This document shows positions 48,556 through 58,595 of a stretch of DNA of 64,000 nt, one piece after another. The DNA is taken from the NCBI GenBank assembly GCA_026196045.1, contig JAPHRJ010000042.1, forward strand, positions 4,151 to 68,150, read 5' to 3'. Numbering within the stretch: position 1 is the first letter of the stretch; every line of letters starts with the position of its first letter. Position numbers and translations under genes: made by a program. Under the pieces are notes generated by a model. The model was not told where the DNA came from and did not search any database. It saw only the letters and a list, made by a program, of their open reading frames with translations. This DNA is from Gammaproteobacteria bacterium. Lineage in GTDB: Bacteria > Pseudomonadota > Gammaproteobacteria > UBA6429 > Thiohalophilaceae.

Positions 48556-49455
48556 ATGACTCAACACTTTCTGACATTGCTGGATATTAATAAACCCGAT
48601 CTTGAGGCCATGATTCAACGCGCCATTGAACTCAAGCGTATGCAAAAGGCCGGGGAAGTTTTTGAACCATTAAAAAATAAAGTACTGGGAATGATTTTCG
48701 ATAAATCATCCACTCGCACACGCGTATCTTTTGAAACCGCGATGGCACACTTTGGCGGCCACGCAATTTTCCTCTCCCCTAGAGACACGCAACTAGGTCG
48801 CGGTGAACCCATTGCCGACAGTGCACGCGTACTTTCCAGTATGGTTGATGCCATTATGATCCGTACCTTTGATCATGAAGGTCTTACACAGTTTGCTGAC
48901 AACTCAAGCGTCCCCGTCATTAATGCCTTAACCGATACCTACCATCCCTGCCAGTTGCTTGCTGATGTCCAGGCCTATACTGAACGCCGTGGAAGCATCA
49001 AAGGTAAAACTGTCACCTGGATTGGTGATGGTAATAATATGTGTCATTCCTATATCAATGCCGCCATCCAGTTTGGCTTTCACTTGACCATTGCCACTCC
49101 AGTTGGTTATGAACCCGATGCACAGATTCTGGCCACAGCCGGTGATCAGGCAAAAATATTCAATAACCCTCTCGATGCGGCGAAAGGGTCTGATCTCATC
49201 GCGACGGACGTCTGGGCCAGTATGGGACAGGAAGAAGAACAGAAAAAACGTGAGCGGGATTTTGCTGATTTCCAGGTTACCGCTGAAACCATGGCCGTTG
49301 CCAACTCTGATGCCCTGTTTACCCACTGCCTGCCCGCACACCGAGGAGAGGAAGTCAGTGCCGAAGTGATTGATGGCTCGCAGAGCATGACCTGGGATGC
49401 AGCCGAAAATCGCCTGCACAGCCAGAAAGCCCTGCTTGAATACCTGCTGAAATAG
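48556..49455 (+). CDS. argF: Ornithine carbamoyltransferase
   Basis: [18 protein letters not shown], and [10 protein letters not shown]. 299 aa. Confidence 0.93.
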   Translation: MTQHFLTLLDINKPDLEAMIQRAIELKRMQKAGEVFEPLKNKVLGMIFDKSSTRTRVSFETAMAHFGGHAIFLSPRDTQLGRGEPIADSARVLSSMVDAIMIRTFDHEGLTQFADNSSVPVINALTDTYHPCQLLADVQAYTERRGSIKGKTVTWIGDGNNMCHSYINAAIQFGFHLTIATPVGYEPDAQILATAGDQAKIFNNPLDAAKGSDLIATDVWASMGQEEEQKKRERDFADFQVTAETMAVANSDALFTHCLPAHRGEEVSAEVIDGSQSMTWDAAENRLHSQKALLEYLLK

Positions 49456-49465
49456 CCTACATTTA

Positions 49466-49494
49466 CTTCCGGAGAACAAACGATTCTCCTGAAG
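49466..49494 (+). terminator. Possible hairpin after argF
   Basis: cttccggagaa-caaacga-ttctcctgaag forms an 11-bp stem with one mismatch. No T tract follows. Confidence 0.3.
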
Positions 49495-49578
49495 TGCCCG
49501 CAACGGCTAAAGTTTACCAACATTAACGCCGCTAAAATATTGATTCCCATGTTCACAAGTTCACAGGAAAATTGATGC

Positions 49579-50157
49579 ATGCGCTTTAAGTTATTGATTG
49601 GTTGTCTGCTTAGCCTGTTTTTTATTGGCCAACTTCAGGCCAGCCCACTGGAACAGGGCGTTACTGCTTTCAAATCGGGTAACTACACACAAGCACTGGA
49701 ATACTGGCAACCCCTGGCAAAAAAGAATCACCCTGATGCCCTTTACAATATTGGTCTGCTCTACATGAAGGGACTGGGGGTTGAGCACAATGACAGAACA
49801 GCAATAAAATACTTCAAGCAGGCCGCCTCCTACGGCAATATCGACGCAGCATATAACCTGGGTGTTCTCTACAAACGCGGACGTGGTGGTTACCCCAATA
49901 GTAAAGATGCTATTTACTGGTGGAAACAGGCCGCTGAGCGCGGGCACGCCGATTCACAGTTTAACTATGGCGTCATGTTAGCCTATGGTAATGGCACTAA
50001 AAAAGATTCCCAGGCGGCATTAAAGCTGTGGGAACAGGCGGCTATGCAAGGTCATCAGGGAGCTATTGATACTCTGGTTAAAACTTTTGAACAGGGTCTG
50101 TTTGATATTCCCGCCGATAAGGAATTAGCCAAAACCTGGCGTATTCTTCTCAAATAA
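49579..50157 (+). CDS. Secreted Sel1-repeat (SLR/TPR-like) protein
   Basis: Signal peptide MRFKLLIGCLLSLFFIGQLQA, then repeated A..WY.KAA.QG...A...LG..Y..G.G modules. Confidence 0.85.
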   Translation: MRFKLLIGCLLSLFFIGQLQASPLEQGVTAFKSGNYTQALEYWQPLAKKNHPDALYNIGLLYMKGLGVEHNDRTAIKYFKQAASYGNIDAAYNLGVLYKRGRGGYPNSKDAIYWWKQAAERGHADSQFNYGVMLAYGNGTKKDSQAALKLWEQAAMQGHQGAIDTLVKTFEQGLFDIPADKELAKTWRILLK

Positions 50158-50276
50158 CCCCGTCCTTTACCCCGTTCTCGTAATAATTTTTATTTCATTC
50201 AATTCGATGCCTTGCCCCCAACTTTGCTATGATGTGGCGAGTTAACTATCAACATCAATTTTAGATATAAGCACAC

Positions 50277-51323
50277 ATGGTTCCATTACTGACACTGAAA
50301 AACATTGAGTGCCGGCATCACGGGCATACCATCATTAAAGGTATTAACCTGCATATTAATGAAGGGGATCTCATTTGCCTGCTAGGTCCCAGTGGCTGCG
50401 GTAAAACAACCATCCTGCGTTCCATCGCTGGTTTTCAACCCCTGACACAGGGTGAAATCTTTATCCGGGAACGTAAGGTTTCCTATCCTGGCTATACAAT
50501 GGCTCCAGAAAAACGGCATATTGGTATGGTTTTTCAGGACTATGCCCTGTTCCCTCATATGAATGTTTACCAGAACATCTGTTTTGGCTTACGCGGTATC
50601 AATAAAAGCGAACAACAAAAACTGGCTGATGAGATGCTGGAAATTACCGGGCTGGCTGGCATGGGTGAGCGTTTTATCCATGAGCTCTCCGGCGGACAGC
50701 AACAACGCGTGGCACTGGCCAGAGCGCTACTTCCTAACCCAGATCTGATCTTGATGGATGAACCCTTCTCGAATCTGGATATCGATATGCGCGAACGTTT
50801 AAGTGCGGATGTCCGTCAAATTCTAAAAGCCCGTGGTGCCACAGGTATCCTCGTCACACATGATCAGCATGAAGCTTTTGCGATAGGGGATCAGATCTGT
50901 GTGATGAATGAAGGGGAAATTCTGCAACGTGATACGGCTTATAACCTCTATCACTCACCAGAAAACCGTTTTGTCGCTGACTTTATTGGCCAGGGTGTCT
51001 TTGTTGAAGGCACATTAACAGCCCATGATACGGTCGAAACTGAGATTGGTGTGATTCAGGGTGACCGGGCTTATGAATGGAAGATGGGCAGCAAAGTTGA
51101 GTTACTGATACGGCCTGATGATATTATTTATGACCCTGAAGGTGATCTAAAAGCTCAGGTCACACAGCGCGCTTTTAAAGGTGCGGAGATTTTATATACC
51201 CTGAAATTTGATTCTGGACTGGAAATTCTGTCCCTGATCCCCAGCCATCATAATCATTATATCGGTGATCAACTTCGGCTACGACTCGCAGTCGACCACA
51301 TGGTGGCCTTTCCTCTTAGCTAA
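50277..51323 (+). CDS. ABC transporter ATP-binding protein (FbpC/PotA-like, C-terminal TOBE-like domain)
   Basis: Walker A GPSGCGKTT, signature [15 protein letters not shown], Walker B LILMDEPFSNLD, and H-loop THDQHEA. Confidence 0.9.
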   Translation: MVPLLTLKNIECRHHGHTIIKGINLHINEGDLICLLGPSGCGKTTILRSIAGFQPLTQGEIFIRERKVSYPGYTMAPEKRHIGMVFQDYALFPHMNVYQNICFGLRGINKSEQQKLADEMLEITGLAGMGERFIHELSGGQQQRVALARALLPNPDLILMDEPFSNLDIDMRERLSADVRQILKARGATGILVTHDQHEAFAIGDQICVMNEGEILQRDTAYNLYHSPENRFVADFIGQGVFVEGTLTAHDTVETEIGVIQGDRAYEWKMGSKVELLIRPDDIIYDPEGDLKAQVTQRAFKGAEILYTLKFDSGLEILSLIPSHHNHYIGDQLRLRLAVDHMVAFPLS

Positions 51324-51376
51324 ACAGTTCGCGGCTATTTTTATGACCGCTCTGATTAATTCCGTTTGCTGTTCAT

Positions 51377-51424
51377 GGTTCGACAAGGCTCTCCTGAGTA
51401 TCACCGAAGGGCTCACCACGAACG
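51377..51424. repeat. Single copy of an element related to the 27-bp tandem unit
   Basis: ggttcgacaaggctctcctgag...gggctcaccacgaacg. Its reverse complement shares CGTTCG and GAGC(C)TTGTCGAA with the unit at 44662. Confidence 0.4.
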
Positions 51425-51448
51425 AAATTAATCAGAGCTTCCTTATTA

Positions 51449-52183
51449 TTATTTTTCCTCATTCCCTTTAAAGCTGCGGGCATCATCGGCAACTTTATCC
51501 ATACTGGTATGGCGTACATCCTTGCCCTTAACCAGATAAATAACATATTCACAGATATTCTTGGAACGATCACCGATACGTTCCAGTGCACGTGCTGACC
51601 ACATAATGTTAACCACAACAGGGATGGCACGGTTGTCTTCCATCATATAGGTCATCAAACTACGTAAAACACTTTCGTATTCCTGATCAATCTTAATGTC
51701 CTTGTGTACGACTTCAACCGCCGCATCCGCATCCATACGAGCGAACGTATCCAGAGAAGCATGCAACATTTTTAATGCCAGTTCACCTAAATGGCTAATT
51801 CCAGCCAGCATTTTAGTATTGCCACCCGCCTCAGCAAAATGCAGTGCCATACGACCAATACGTTCGGCCTCATCACCAATACGCTCAAGATCCGTTATCG
51901 TTTTAATCACAGCAATCACCAGACGCAAATCACTTGCGGCTGGCTGACGTCGAGCTAGAATCTGAGTACATTCTTCATCAATCGCCACTTCAAGGGCATT
52001 CACTTTAAAATCGTTACTAACAACCACTTCAGCGAGTGTGGCATCAAGTGTGGTCATTGCCTTAATCGCATCTGACAATTGCTGTTCGACAAGTCCTCCC
52101 ATATTCATAACACGTGTACGAATATCTTCCAGCTCTTCATTGAACTGTTGAGAAATATGTGTTCCCAGTTTTGACTTGTCCAT
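51449..52183 (-). CDS. phoU: Phosphate signalling complex protein PhoU
   Basis: 244 aa with two PhoU repeats (DLERIGDEAERI and ALERIGDRSKNI). It follows pstB. Confidence 0.95.
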   Translation of the reverse strand: MDKSKLGTHISQQFNEELEDIRTRVMNMGGLVEQQLSDAIKAMTTLDATLAEVVVSNDFKVNALEVAIDEECTQILARRQPAASDLRLVIAVIKTITDLERIGDEAERIGRMALHFAEAGGNTKMLAGISHLGELALKMLHASLDTFARMDADAAVEVVHKDIKIDQEYESVLRSLMTYMMEDNRAIPVVVNIMWSARALERIGDRSKNICEYVIYLVKGKDVRHTSMDKVADDARSFKGNEEK

Positions 52184-52238
52184 GGTTATCCTCTGATTAT
52201 TCTCTTGGAATGCTTCTGGTAAAAATGTTCATTCTATT

Positions 52239-52256
52239 TAGTTGTAGGTTGGGCTG
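52239..52256. repeat. 18-nt copy of the leader of the 26003 REP-like element
   Basis: tagttgtaggttgggctg differs at one position from tagttgtagattgggctg at 26003-26020. It lies in the pstB-phoU spacer. Confidence 0.5.
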
Positions 52257-52290
52257 TAAGCAGCGGGGAATTAAACCCTCAGAGATTAAA

Positions 52291-53127
52291 TTACCCATAA
52301 CGACCGGTTATATAATCTTCTGTCTTTTTCCTGGATGGATTGGTAAACAGTGTATTGGTATCATCATACTCGATTAATTCACCCATATACATAAATGCTG
52401 TGTAATCGGAAACACGTGCCGCCTGCTGCATATTATGAGTCACGATAACAATCGTATATCTATCCTTAAGTTCATAAATTAATTCTTCAATTTTAAGTGT
52501 CGATATTGGATCCAGCGCTGAAGCCGGTTCGTCCAGTAACAGAACTTCCGGTTCCACCGCAATGGCACGAGCAATGACCAGACGTTGCTGCTGACCACCC
52601 GACAAACCCAGGGCACTTTCATGTAAACGATCTTTTACTTCATCCCAGAGTGCGGCACCCTGTAATGCCTTTTTAATACTTTCATCCAGTTGGCGTTTAT
52701 CTTTAACACCCTGTAAACGCATACCATAAGCTACATTTTCATAAATAGTTTTTGGAAATGGGTTAGGTTTCTGGAACACCATCCCTACTCGACGACGTAA
52801 CTCGGCAACATTAATAGTTTTGTCAAAAATATTTTCACCATCGAGACTAATTCCGCCTTCGATTCTGACACCATCCACCAGATCATTCATACGGTTGAAA
52901 CAACGTAACAAGGTTGACTTACCACAACCACTGGGACCAATGAAAGCCGTTACCCGATTTCGAGCCATCACCATATTGATATCAGATAAGGCCTGTTTTT
53001 CACTATAAAACAAATTTAGATTATTGACTTCAAGGCAGGTTTCTTCCTGTTCCTTGTCGGTCTTACTGGCAGGACGATCCAGTTCATCCATCTTCATACC
53101 ATGTGTCAGTTGCGCTTCTTTATTCAT
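52291..53127 (-). CDS. pstB: Phosphate ABC transporter ATP-binding protein
   Basis: [42 protein letters not shown], and the C-terminal [10 protein letters not shown] typical of PstB. Confidence 0.96.
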   Translation of the reverse strand: MNKEAQLTHGMKMDELDRPASKTDKEQEETCLEVNNLNLFYSEKQALSDINMVMARNRVTAFIGPSGCGKSTLLRCFNRMNDLVDGVRIEGGISLDGENIFDKTINVAELRRRVGMVFQKPNPFPKTIYENVAYGMRLQGVKDKRQLDESIKKALQGAALWDEVKDRLHESALGLSGGQQQRLVIARAIAVEPEVLLLDEPASALDPISTLKIEELIYELKDRYTIVIVTHNMQQAARVSDYTAFMYMGELIEYDDTNTLFTNPSRKKTEDYITGRYG

Positions 53128-53187
53128 TTCATTATCCGAATAATATAAATACAGTAAAAAGAATCTATAATGATTCTGTAACCCTGT

Positions 53188-54849
53188 TTATGATTCCAAT
53201 GCCTTGTAACGTTCACGTAGGCGATTTCGAATGGTAATTGCCAGTAAATTCAGTAACACAATGACAACAATCAGTAATAATGATGTGGCATAAACCAGAG
53301 GACGTGCTGCTTCAACGTTTGGACTTTGGAAACCAACATCATAAATATGAAAACCCAGGTGCATAAACTTACGTTCCATATGCAGGAAGGGGAAGTTTCC
53401 ATCCAGAGGTAAAGATGGAGCCAGCTTCACCACACCCACCAGCATTAATGGTGCAACCTCGCCAGCGGCACGAGCTACCGCCAGAATCAATCCTGTCATC
53501 ATTGCTGGTGACGCCATCGGTAAAATAGTACGCCAGAGTGTTTCTGCCTTGGTCGCACCCAGGGCAAGACTCCCTTCCCTGATTGAACTGGGAATACGTG
53601 ACAGCCCTTCTTCAGTAGCAACAATCACGACCGGCAAGGTCAGTAATGCCAGTGTTAATGATGACCAGAGAATACCTGGTGTACCAAACACCGGGGCCGG
53701 TGCGGCTTCGGGGAAAAACAAGGCGTCAATGTTTCCACCTAAAAAATAGACAAAGAAGCCCAGGCCAAATACGCCATAGACAATAGACGGTACACCGGCG
53801 AGATTATTCACCGCAATACGAATTACGCGCACAATGGGCCCCTGCTTGGCATACTCACGTAAATAAACCGCTGCAACAACACCAAAAGGTGTAACAAGAA
53901 CCGCCATGAGCATTACCATCATGACCGTGCCAAAAATAGCCGGAAAAATACCACCTTCCGTATTGGCCTCACGCGGTTCATCCGAGACAAATTCCCATAT
54001 CTTTGCAAAATAAAACCCGGTTTTTCCTAATACCGACATACTATTAGGATAATAGGCATGGACAATATTTTGTAGTGAAACTTCAAGCTGTTCACCATTC
54101 ATGGCTTCAACCACGATACTGTCCCGCTGAATCTGTTCCTGCAGATCGGTCATCTTCTTTTGCAGAACACTGTATTTCTGATCCAGTGTTTCTCGTTGAC
54201 TGGCAATCTTCGCTTTCTTCCCTGGATCCTGATCATTATCCAGTTCCAGCCTGCGTTTCTTCAGACGTAATTTTTCCATGCTATAGTTAATCGCACCAAT
54301 ATCCTGTTGCTGGATGACACGAAGCTCAGCAAAGATATCTGATACACGATCAATCAAATCCGGAAGCACATTTTTTGCTTCTTCACCTTCAGCAATAATC
54401 TCGCCTTTTTTCTTAACCGACTTGAGGTAACCATAGAAATTACCCCACTCCCTTCGCTCAATCGCAATGATCTCCTCAGGGAACTGGACATTAGTCAGTA
54501 GAGGTTTAAACACCAGCTGAAAATCAGAACCATAGATATCGCGGTTACCTGTCTTAATCAGATGACGCTGGATAAATTCATCATTTGAATCAATTTCATA
54601 CCCACCATCACGAACACGTTGAATGGCGATGTCTTCTGTTTCGACAATCTCACCAATTAGAAATACCGAGCTCTCAGAAGTAATTTGATAGTCCGCTTTC
54701 ATTACATCTGCTGGCCAGAAAAAGCCAAGGCCACGAGTTGCGATCAATACCACCAGACCAAAGACCATAATCAGACTGGTACTGACAGCTGCCGCATTTA
54801 GCCAGATCCAGGGCTGACCACTTTTAAACCATTTCGATATGTCTGTCAT
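53188..54849 (-). CDS. pstA: Phosphate ABC transporter permease PstA (long form)
   Basis: 553 aa: N-terminal TM, a ~250-aa hydrophilic insert, then a PstA-type permease core (EGSLALGATKAETLWRTILP). Confidence 0.9.
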   Translation of the reverse strand: MTDISKWFKSGQPWIWLNAAAVSTSLIMVFGLVVLIATRGLGFFWPADVMKADYQITSESSVFLIGEIVETEDIAIQRVRDGGYEIDSNDEFIQRHLIKTGNRDIYGSDFQLVFKPLLTNVQFPEEIIAIERREWGNFYGYLKSVKKKGEIIAEGEEAKNVLPDLIDRVSDIFAELRVIQQQDIGAINYSMEKLRLKKRRLELDNDQDPGKKAKIASQRETLDQKYSVLQKKMTDLQEQIQRDSIVVEAMNGEQLEVSLQNIVHAYYPNSMSVLGKTGFYFAKIWEFVSDEPREANTEGGIFPAIFGTVMMVMLMAVLVTPFGVVAAVYLREYAKQGPIVRVIRIAVNNLAGVPSIVYGVFGLGFFVYFLGGNIDALFFPEAAPAPVFGTPGILWSSLTLALLTLPVVIVATEEGLSRIPSSIREGSLALGATKAETLWRTILPMASPAMMTGLILAVARAAGEVAPLMLVGVVKLAPSLPLDGNFPFLHMERKFMHLGFHIYDVGFQSPNVEAARPLVYATSLLLIVVIVLLNLLAITIRNRLRERYKALES

Positions 54850-54861
54850 GAGAACCCTGCC

Positions 54862-57129
54862 TTACAAACTACTGTAACGTTTGCGTAACCGCTGACGAAC
54901 AATTTCAGCAGCGGTATTGAAAATAAAGGTAAATCCGAATAATACGAGTGCGGCCAGAAACAGGACTCGATAATGCGTACTGTCGACTTCTGATTCAGGC
55001 ATTTCGACTGCAATATTGGCAGATAATGTCCGCATGCCTTCGAAGAAACTGAAATCCATCACCGGGGTATTACCGGTTGCCATTAACACAATCATGGTTT
55101 CACCCACGGCACGCCCAAGACCAATCATGACGGCAGAAAAAATACCGGGGCTGGCCGTTAACAGGACAACATGAACCATGGTTTGCCATTGAGTCGCCCC
55201 TAATGCCAGCGAACCATTAACAAGATGCTTGGGCACAGCAAAGAGCGCATCTTCCGCGATGGAAAAAATAGTTGGGATAACGGCAAAACCCATGGCTAAA
55301 CCAACGACCAGAGAGTTACGTTGATCGTAACTGATACCCAGTTCATTGCGTAACCAGCCAGGCATATTACCGCCAAAGAATTGCTGTTCCAGAACAGGGC
55401 TTAGTGCAAAGGAGGCATAACCCAGAAAACTAACGACCGGAATTAACAGGGCCGCTTCCCAACCTTCAGGAATAAAGTAGCGAATAGAATCTGGTAAGCG
55501 ATGATAACTATAGGCGGCAATCAGGACACCTATGGGCATTATCAATAACAGGCTGAATAGCCCCGGCAAATTAGCCTCTATATAAGGAGCCAACCAGAGG
55601 CCGGCCAGGAAACCCAGAATAACGGTTGGCAGGGCTTCCATAATTTCAATGCTGGGTTTAACAACCTGACGCATTGAAGACGTCATAAATTGTGCTGTAA
55701 ACATTGCACCCATTATCGACAGGGGGACCGCAAAAAGCATGGCATAAAAAGCGGCCTTAAGTGTACCAAACGAAATCGGCACCAGACTCAGCTTGGGTTC
55801 AAAATCATTACTCGCTGAAGATGATTGCCAGATATAGTCAGGTTCGGGGTAACTTTCATACCAGACCTTGCCCCATAAAGAAGACCAGGATACTTCAGGA
55901 TGTTCATTATCAATCCTGTAGAAATAGAGTCGATCACTATCCTGTAATAGAACGGCATTCGCCCGGGGTGAAACGACCATATGCTGAAAAGCACTATCTG
56001 TAATTTTCTCAGTCAGGATCGTATTGTGTGCGGTGCTATGAAAAATTCCGAATCGTCCACTTTCATCAACCGCAAGAAAGCCCTTGCGATTATATTCCGA
56101 ACTGATGCGATTAACAGGCTGTGAAAATGAGTCAAAACTACGAATACGTTTGAGTCCAAGTCGACCTTGCTTGTCCTGCACAGGAAACCACTGGCTAATA
56201 GTTCCAGACGAATCACCGATCAGGAGTGAAATATCACCAGTAAGAAATTCTAATGAAACAAGCTGTTTATTGCTGCCTAAAACAGACAGGTGCTGAACCT
56301 GATATGGGTCTGATTTGTCCGACACATCGTAGTAACTTAACTCACCATTTTTGCTGGCCAGAAAAAGATTCCGCATCTCTTTATCCAGCAAAATGAAATC
56401 AACATTACTTTGCGGATGAACAAACGGCACATTCAATTCTTCAACCCAACGCGGCTCATCATCGAGCATCGACTCTTCTTTCACCAGGACCGTCATCATA
56501 ATGCGTTCATCATGATTAGCCGGGCTATCTGAATGCGCCATGGTCCCAATGATAACGGCCTGTTCTTCGTTGATCTGTACGGCCAGTTCATGAACCTCAC
56601 TTTGCGCAGGATCCAGACGAACCGTTTTTTCGCCCAGGGGGTATTCGATGACTGGCGTGATGAGACGTTTGTCTTTGGGGAAGGACACACGGTATTTATG
56701 TTTGAACAGCAATACTTCACCATTCGACAGGCCCAAGGCCAGAATCCCACTATTGGGTTCAGCAGCCCCCAGGGCGGTGACTGTTGTGTCCGCTGGCAGG
56801 GGAAGTTCAACCGTATCAATAATACGGCCTGTTTCTGTACTCAAAAATTGTGCACGACCCGCATCGGTTACCCGGATAGCAATTTCAGACTGTTCTTCCA
56901 TTGCCAAATATAGGGTGTCGCCACCACTTGCCGGAACAGGGTATTCGGCAACTTTTTCGATAGTTGCACCGTAAAAGATGGGTATGACCACAAAGACGAG
57001 ATAAACGAATATCAGAATAATGGCGATAATCACACCAAGACCGCCAACAGCAACCATGTGCCTGGCCAGGTAATCTTTCAGGAGACGCCAACGCATATGG
57101 CTCTCAGAATATTTTGGATTAGTATTCAT
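54862..57129 (-). CDS. pstC: Phosphate ABC transporter permease PstC (long form)
   Basis: 755 aa: N-terminal TM, a ~400-aa extracytoplasmic region, then a PstC-type core (NGSLALGATQWQTMVHVVL). Confidence 0.9.
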   Translation of the reverse strand: MNTNPKYSESHMRWRLLKDYLARHMVAVGGLGVIIAIILIFVYLVFVVIPIFYGATIEKVAEYPVPASGGDTLYLAMEEQSEIAIRVTDAGRAQFLSTETGRIIDTVELPLPADTTVTALGAAEPNSGILALGLSNGEVLLFKHKYRVSFPKDKRLITPVIEYPLGEKTVRLDPAQSEVHELAVQINEEQAVIIGTMAHSDSPANHDERIMMTVLVKEESMLDDEPRWVEELNVPFVHPQSNVDFILLDKEMRNLFLASKNGELSYYDVSDKSDPYQVQHLSVLGSNKQLVSLEFLTGDISLLIGDSSGTISQWFPVQDKQGRLGLKRIRSFDSFSQPVNRISSEYNRKGFLAVDESGRFGIFHSTAHNTILTEKITDSAFQHMVVSPRANAVLLQDSDRLYFYRIDNEHPEVSWSSLWGKVWYESYPEPDYIWQSSSASNDFEPKLSLVPISFGTLKAAFYAMLFAVPLSIMGAMFTAQFMTSSMRQVVKPSIEIMEALPTVILGFLAGLWLAPYIEANLPGLFSLLLIMPIGVLIAAYSYHRLPDSIRYFIPEGWEAALLIPVVSFLGYASFALSPVLEQQFFGGNMPGWLRNELGISYDQRNSLVVGLAMGFAVIPTIFSIAEDALFAVPKHLVNGSLALGATQWQTMVHVVLLTASPGIFSAVMIGLGRAVGETMIVLMATGNTPVMDFSFFEGMRTLSANIAVEMPESEVDSTHYRVLFLAALVLFGFTFIFNTAAEIVRQRLRKRYSSL

Positions 57130-57282
57130 TTATTTCAGCTTTTGTCACGATCTTGAATTCTGTGCAGCATTCTTAAAGATAGTCTTACACGCCTGGTCAC
57201 TGGCCAGTAGAAACAAACGATCTGGAATCCAGGTACAAAACAGGCTCATATATAATTCAGATTGGGAGGATAATAAGCAAAT

Positions 57283-57300
57283 ATGACAGAAATGTGACAA
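57283..57300 (-). promoter_or_regulatory. Candidate Pho box upstream of pstC
   Basis: The minus strand reads TTGTCAC-attt-CTGTCAT, two heptamers on an 11-bp register. It lies between the pstS terminator and pstC, about 155 nt before the pstC ATG. Confidence 0.5.
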
Positions 57301-57413
57301 TTACTTCCAATTACACATTTGTTTCAACTATTTCACTCCCCTTACAGGGAACTACTTTTTATATTGACACTATATCTATAAAAAACGGCATCTTACTAAC
57401 AATTAAGCTGAGC

Positions 57414-57438
57414 AAAAAAACCCCCGCTGAAGCGGGGG
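57414..57438 (-). terminator. Rho-independent terminator between pstS and pstC
   Basis: The minus strand reads CCCCCGC-ttca-GCGGGGG followed by ttttttt, 32 nt after the pstS stop. Confidence 0.8.
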
Positions 57439-57469
57439 AGGTTTTTACTCAATGGAGAGCAGGCCAGGC

Positions 57470-58453
57470 TTATTTCAGTTTAGCCAGTTCCTTTGCAGCA
57501 ACTTTTGCTGGAAGAGGGATATAACCATCTTTCACTACGACGTTCTGACCCGCTTTTGCCAGTACCAGCTTGATGAACTCTCGTTCCATAGGAGGTAAAG
57601 GCTTGTTAGGGTGCTTGTTCACGTAAACATAAAGGAAACGTGACAGCGGGTAGGTACCTTTGATGGCATTGTCAGGCGTTGCAGCAACAAATGCTTTACC
57701 TGGCTTTTTGGTCAAAGGAACGGCACGAACACCTGATGTTTTATAACCGATACCTGAATAGCCGATACCATTCAGTGAAGTGGTAATTGATTGAACAACT
57801 GAAGCCGAACCTGGCTGTTCGTTCACACTGTTTTTGAAGTCACCTTTACACAGGCCTTTTTTCTTAAAGTAGCCGTAAGTACCTGATACAGAGTTACGTC
57901 CATATAACTGGATTTTACGATTCGCCCAGCTACCTGTCAGACCCAGGTCTCCCCACTGGCTAACATCCTGTTTACCACCACATTTACGAGTTGAAGAGAA
58001 AATCGCATCAACCTGAGGAATAGTCATACCTTTGATTGGGTTGTCTTTATTTACATAGATAGCCAGGGCATCAATAGCAACACGGATAGGAGTAGGCTTG
58101 TAACCAAATTTCTTTTCAAATGCCTGAAGTTCTTTGTCCTTCATCTTACGGCTCATTGGGCCCAGATTTGAAGTACCTTCAGTCAGTGAAGGAGGCGCAG
58201 TAGATGAACCAGCTGCCTGAATCTGAATGTTAACGTTAGGGTACATACGTTTGAATTCTTCTGCCCACAGAGTCATCAAATTAGCCAGCGTGTCAGAACC
58301 TACACTGCTGAGGTTGCCAGAAACACCGCTTGAACGTTTGTAATCTGCCAGGTTTGCATCTACTTTAGCGCCAGCTACCGCTGTGCCTGTCATCGTCATG
58401 CCTACAAAAGCAGAGGCTATCACTACGCTGACAATTAGTTTTTTATGGAACAT
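57470..58453 (-). CDS. pstS: Phosphate ABC transporter substrate-binding protein
   Basis: Signal peptide, then GSDTLANLM...[10 protein letters not shown]...GYSGIGY, a PBP-like phosphate-binding fold. It sits at the head of pstCAB. Confidence 0.9.
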   Translation of the reverse strand: MFHKKLIVSVVIASAFVGMTMTGTAVAGAKVDANLADYKRSSGVSGNLSSVGSDTLANLMTLWAEEFKRMYPNVNIQIQAAGSSTAPPSLTEGTSNLGPMSRKMKDKELQAFEKKFGYKPTPIRVAIDALAIYVNKDNPIKGMTIPQVDAIFSSTRKCGGKQDVSQWGDLGLTGSWANRKIQLYGRNSVSGTYGYFKKKGLCKGDFKNSVNEQPGSASVVQSITTSLNGIGYSGIGYKTSGVRAVPLTKKPGKAFVAATPDNAIKGTYPLSRFLYVYVNKHPNKPLPPMEREFIKLVLAKAGQNVVVKDGYIPLPAKVAAKELAKLK

Positions 58454-58511
58454 GTTAATTAATCTCCTCGATTATATTGAATCTCTATGGCAGGCATTTT
58501 GTATCACCAAT

Positions 58512-58551
58512 GTGACAGCACTATGAACTCTATATGACAGAAACATGACAG
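58512..58551 (-). promoter_or_regulatory. Two tandem Pho boxes (four phased heptamers) in the pstS promoter
   Basis: The minus strand reads CTGTCAT-gttt-CTGTCAT-atag-AGTTCAT-agtg-CTGTCAC. Heptamers start every 11 bp (plus-strand 58545, 58534, 58523, 58512), 60-100 nt upstream of the pstS ATG. Confidence 0.7.
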
Positions 58552-58568
58552 AAATAAACGCTAAACGA

Positions 58569-58588
58569 CTGTCATTAATATATGACAG
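58569..58588. other. Palindrome made of two Pho-type heptamers, immediately after the phoR stop
   Basis: CTGTCAT-taatat-ATGACAG. It could be a 7-bp hairpin ending phoBR or an extra PhoB site. It is not on the 11-bp register of the adjacent boxes. Confidence 0.35.
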
Positions 58589-58595
58589 CCATTCA

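Noticed and set aside
48928-49580. Two overlapping minus-strand ORFs (191 and 144 aa)
   Set aside because: Both are antisense to argF, which has the STRTR, HPCQ and HCLP motifs in frame. They have no RBS and no recognisable domains.
53188-57129. Unusually long pstA (553 aa) and pstC (755 aa), considered as possible gene fusions or mis-assembly
   Set aside because: Both are single clean frames with a normal permease core at the C-terminus. Long-form PstC and PstA with large extra domains are, to my knowledge, the normal state in Pseudomonas-like Gammaproteobacteria.
57294-57524. A 76-aa plus-strand ORF in the pstS-pstC spacer
   Set aside because: It runs through the pstS terminator hairpin and into the antisense of the pstS 3' end. 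It has no RBS, and the region is better explained by the terminator plus a Pho box.
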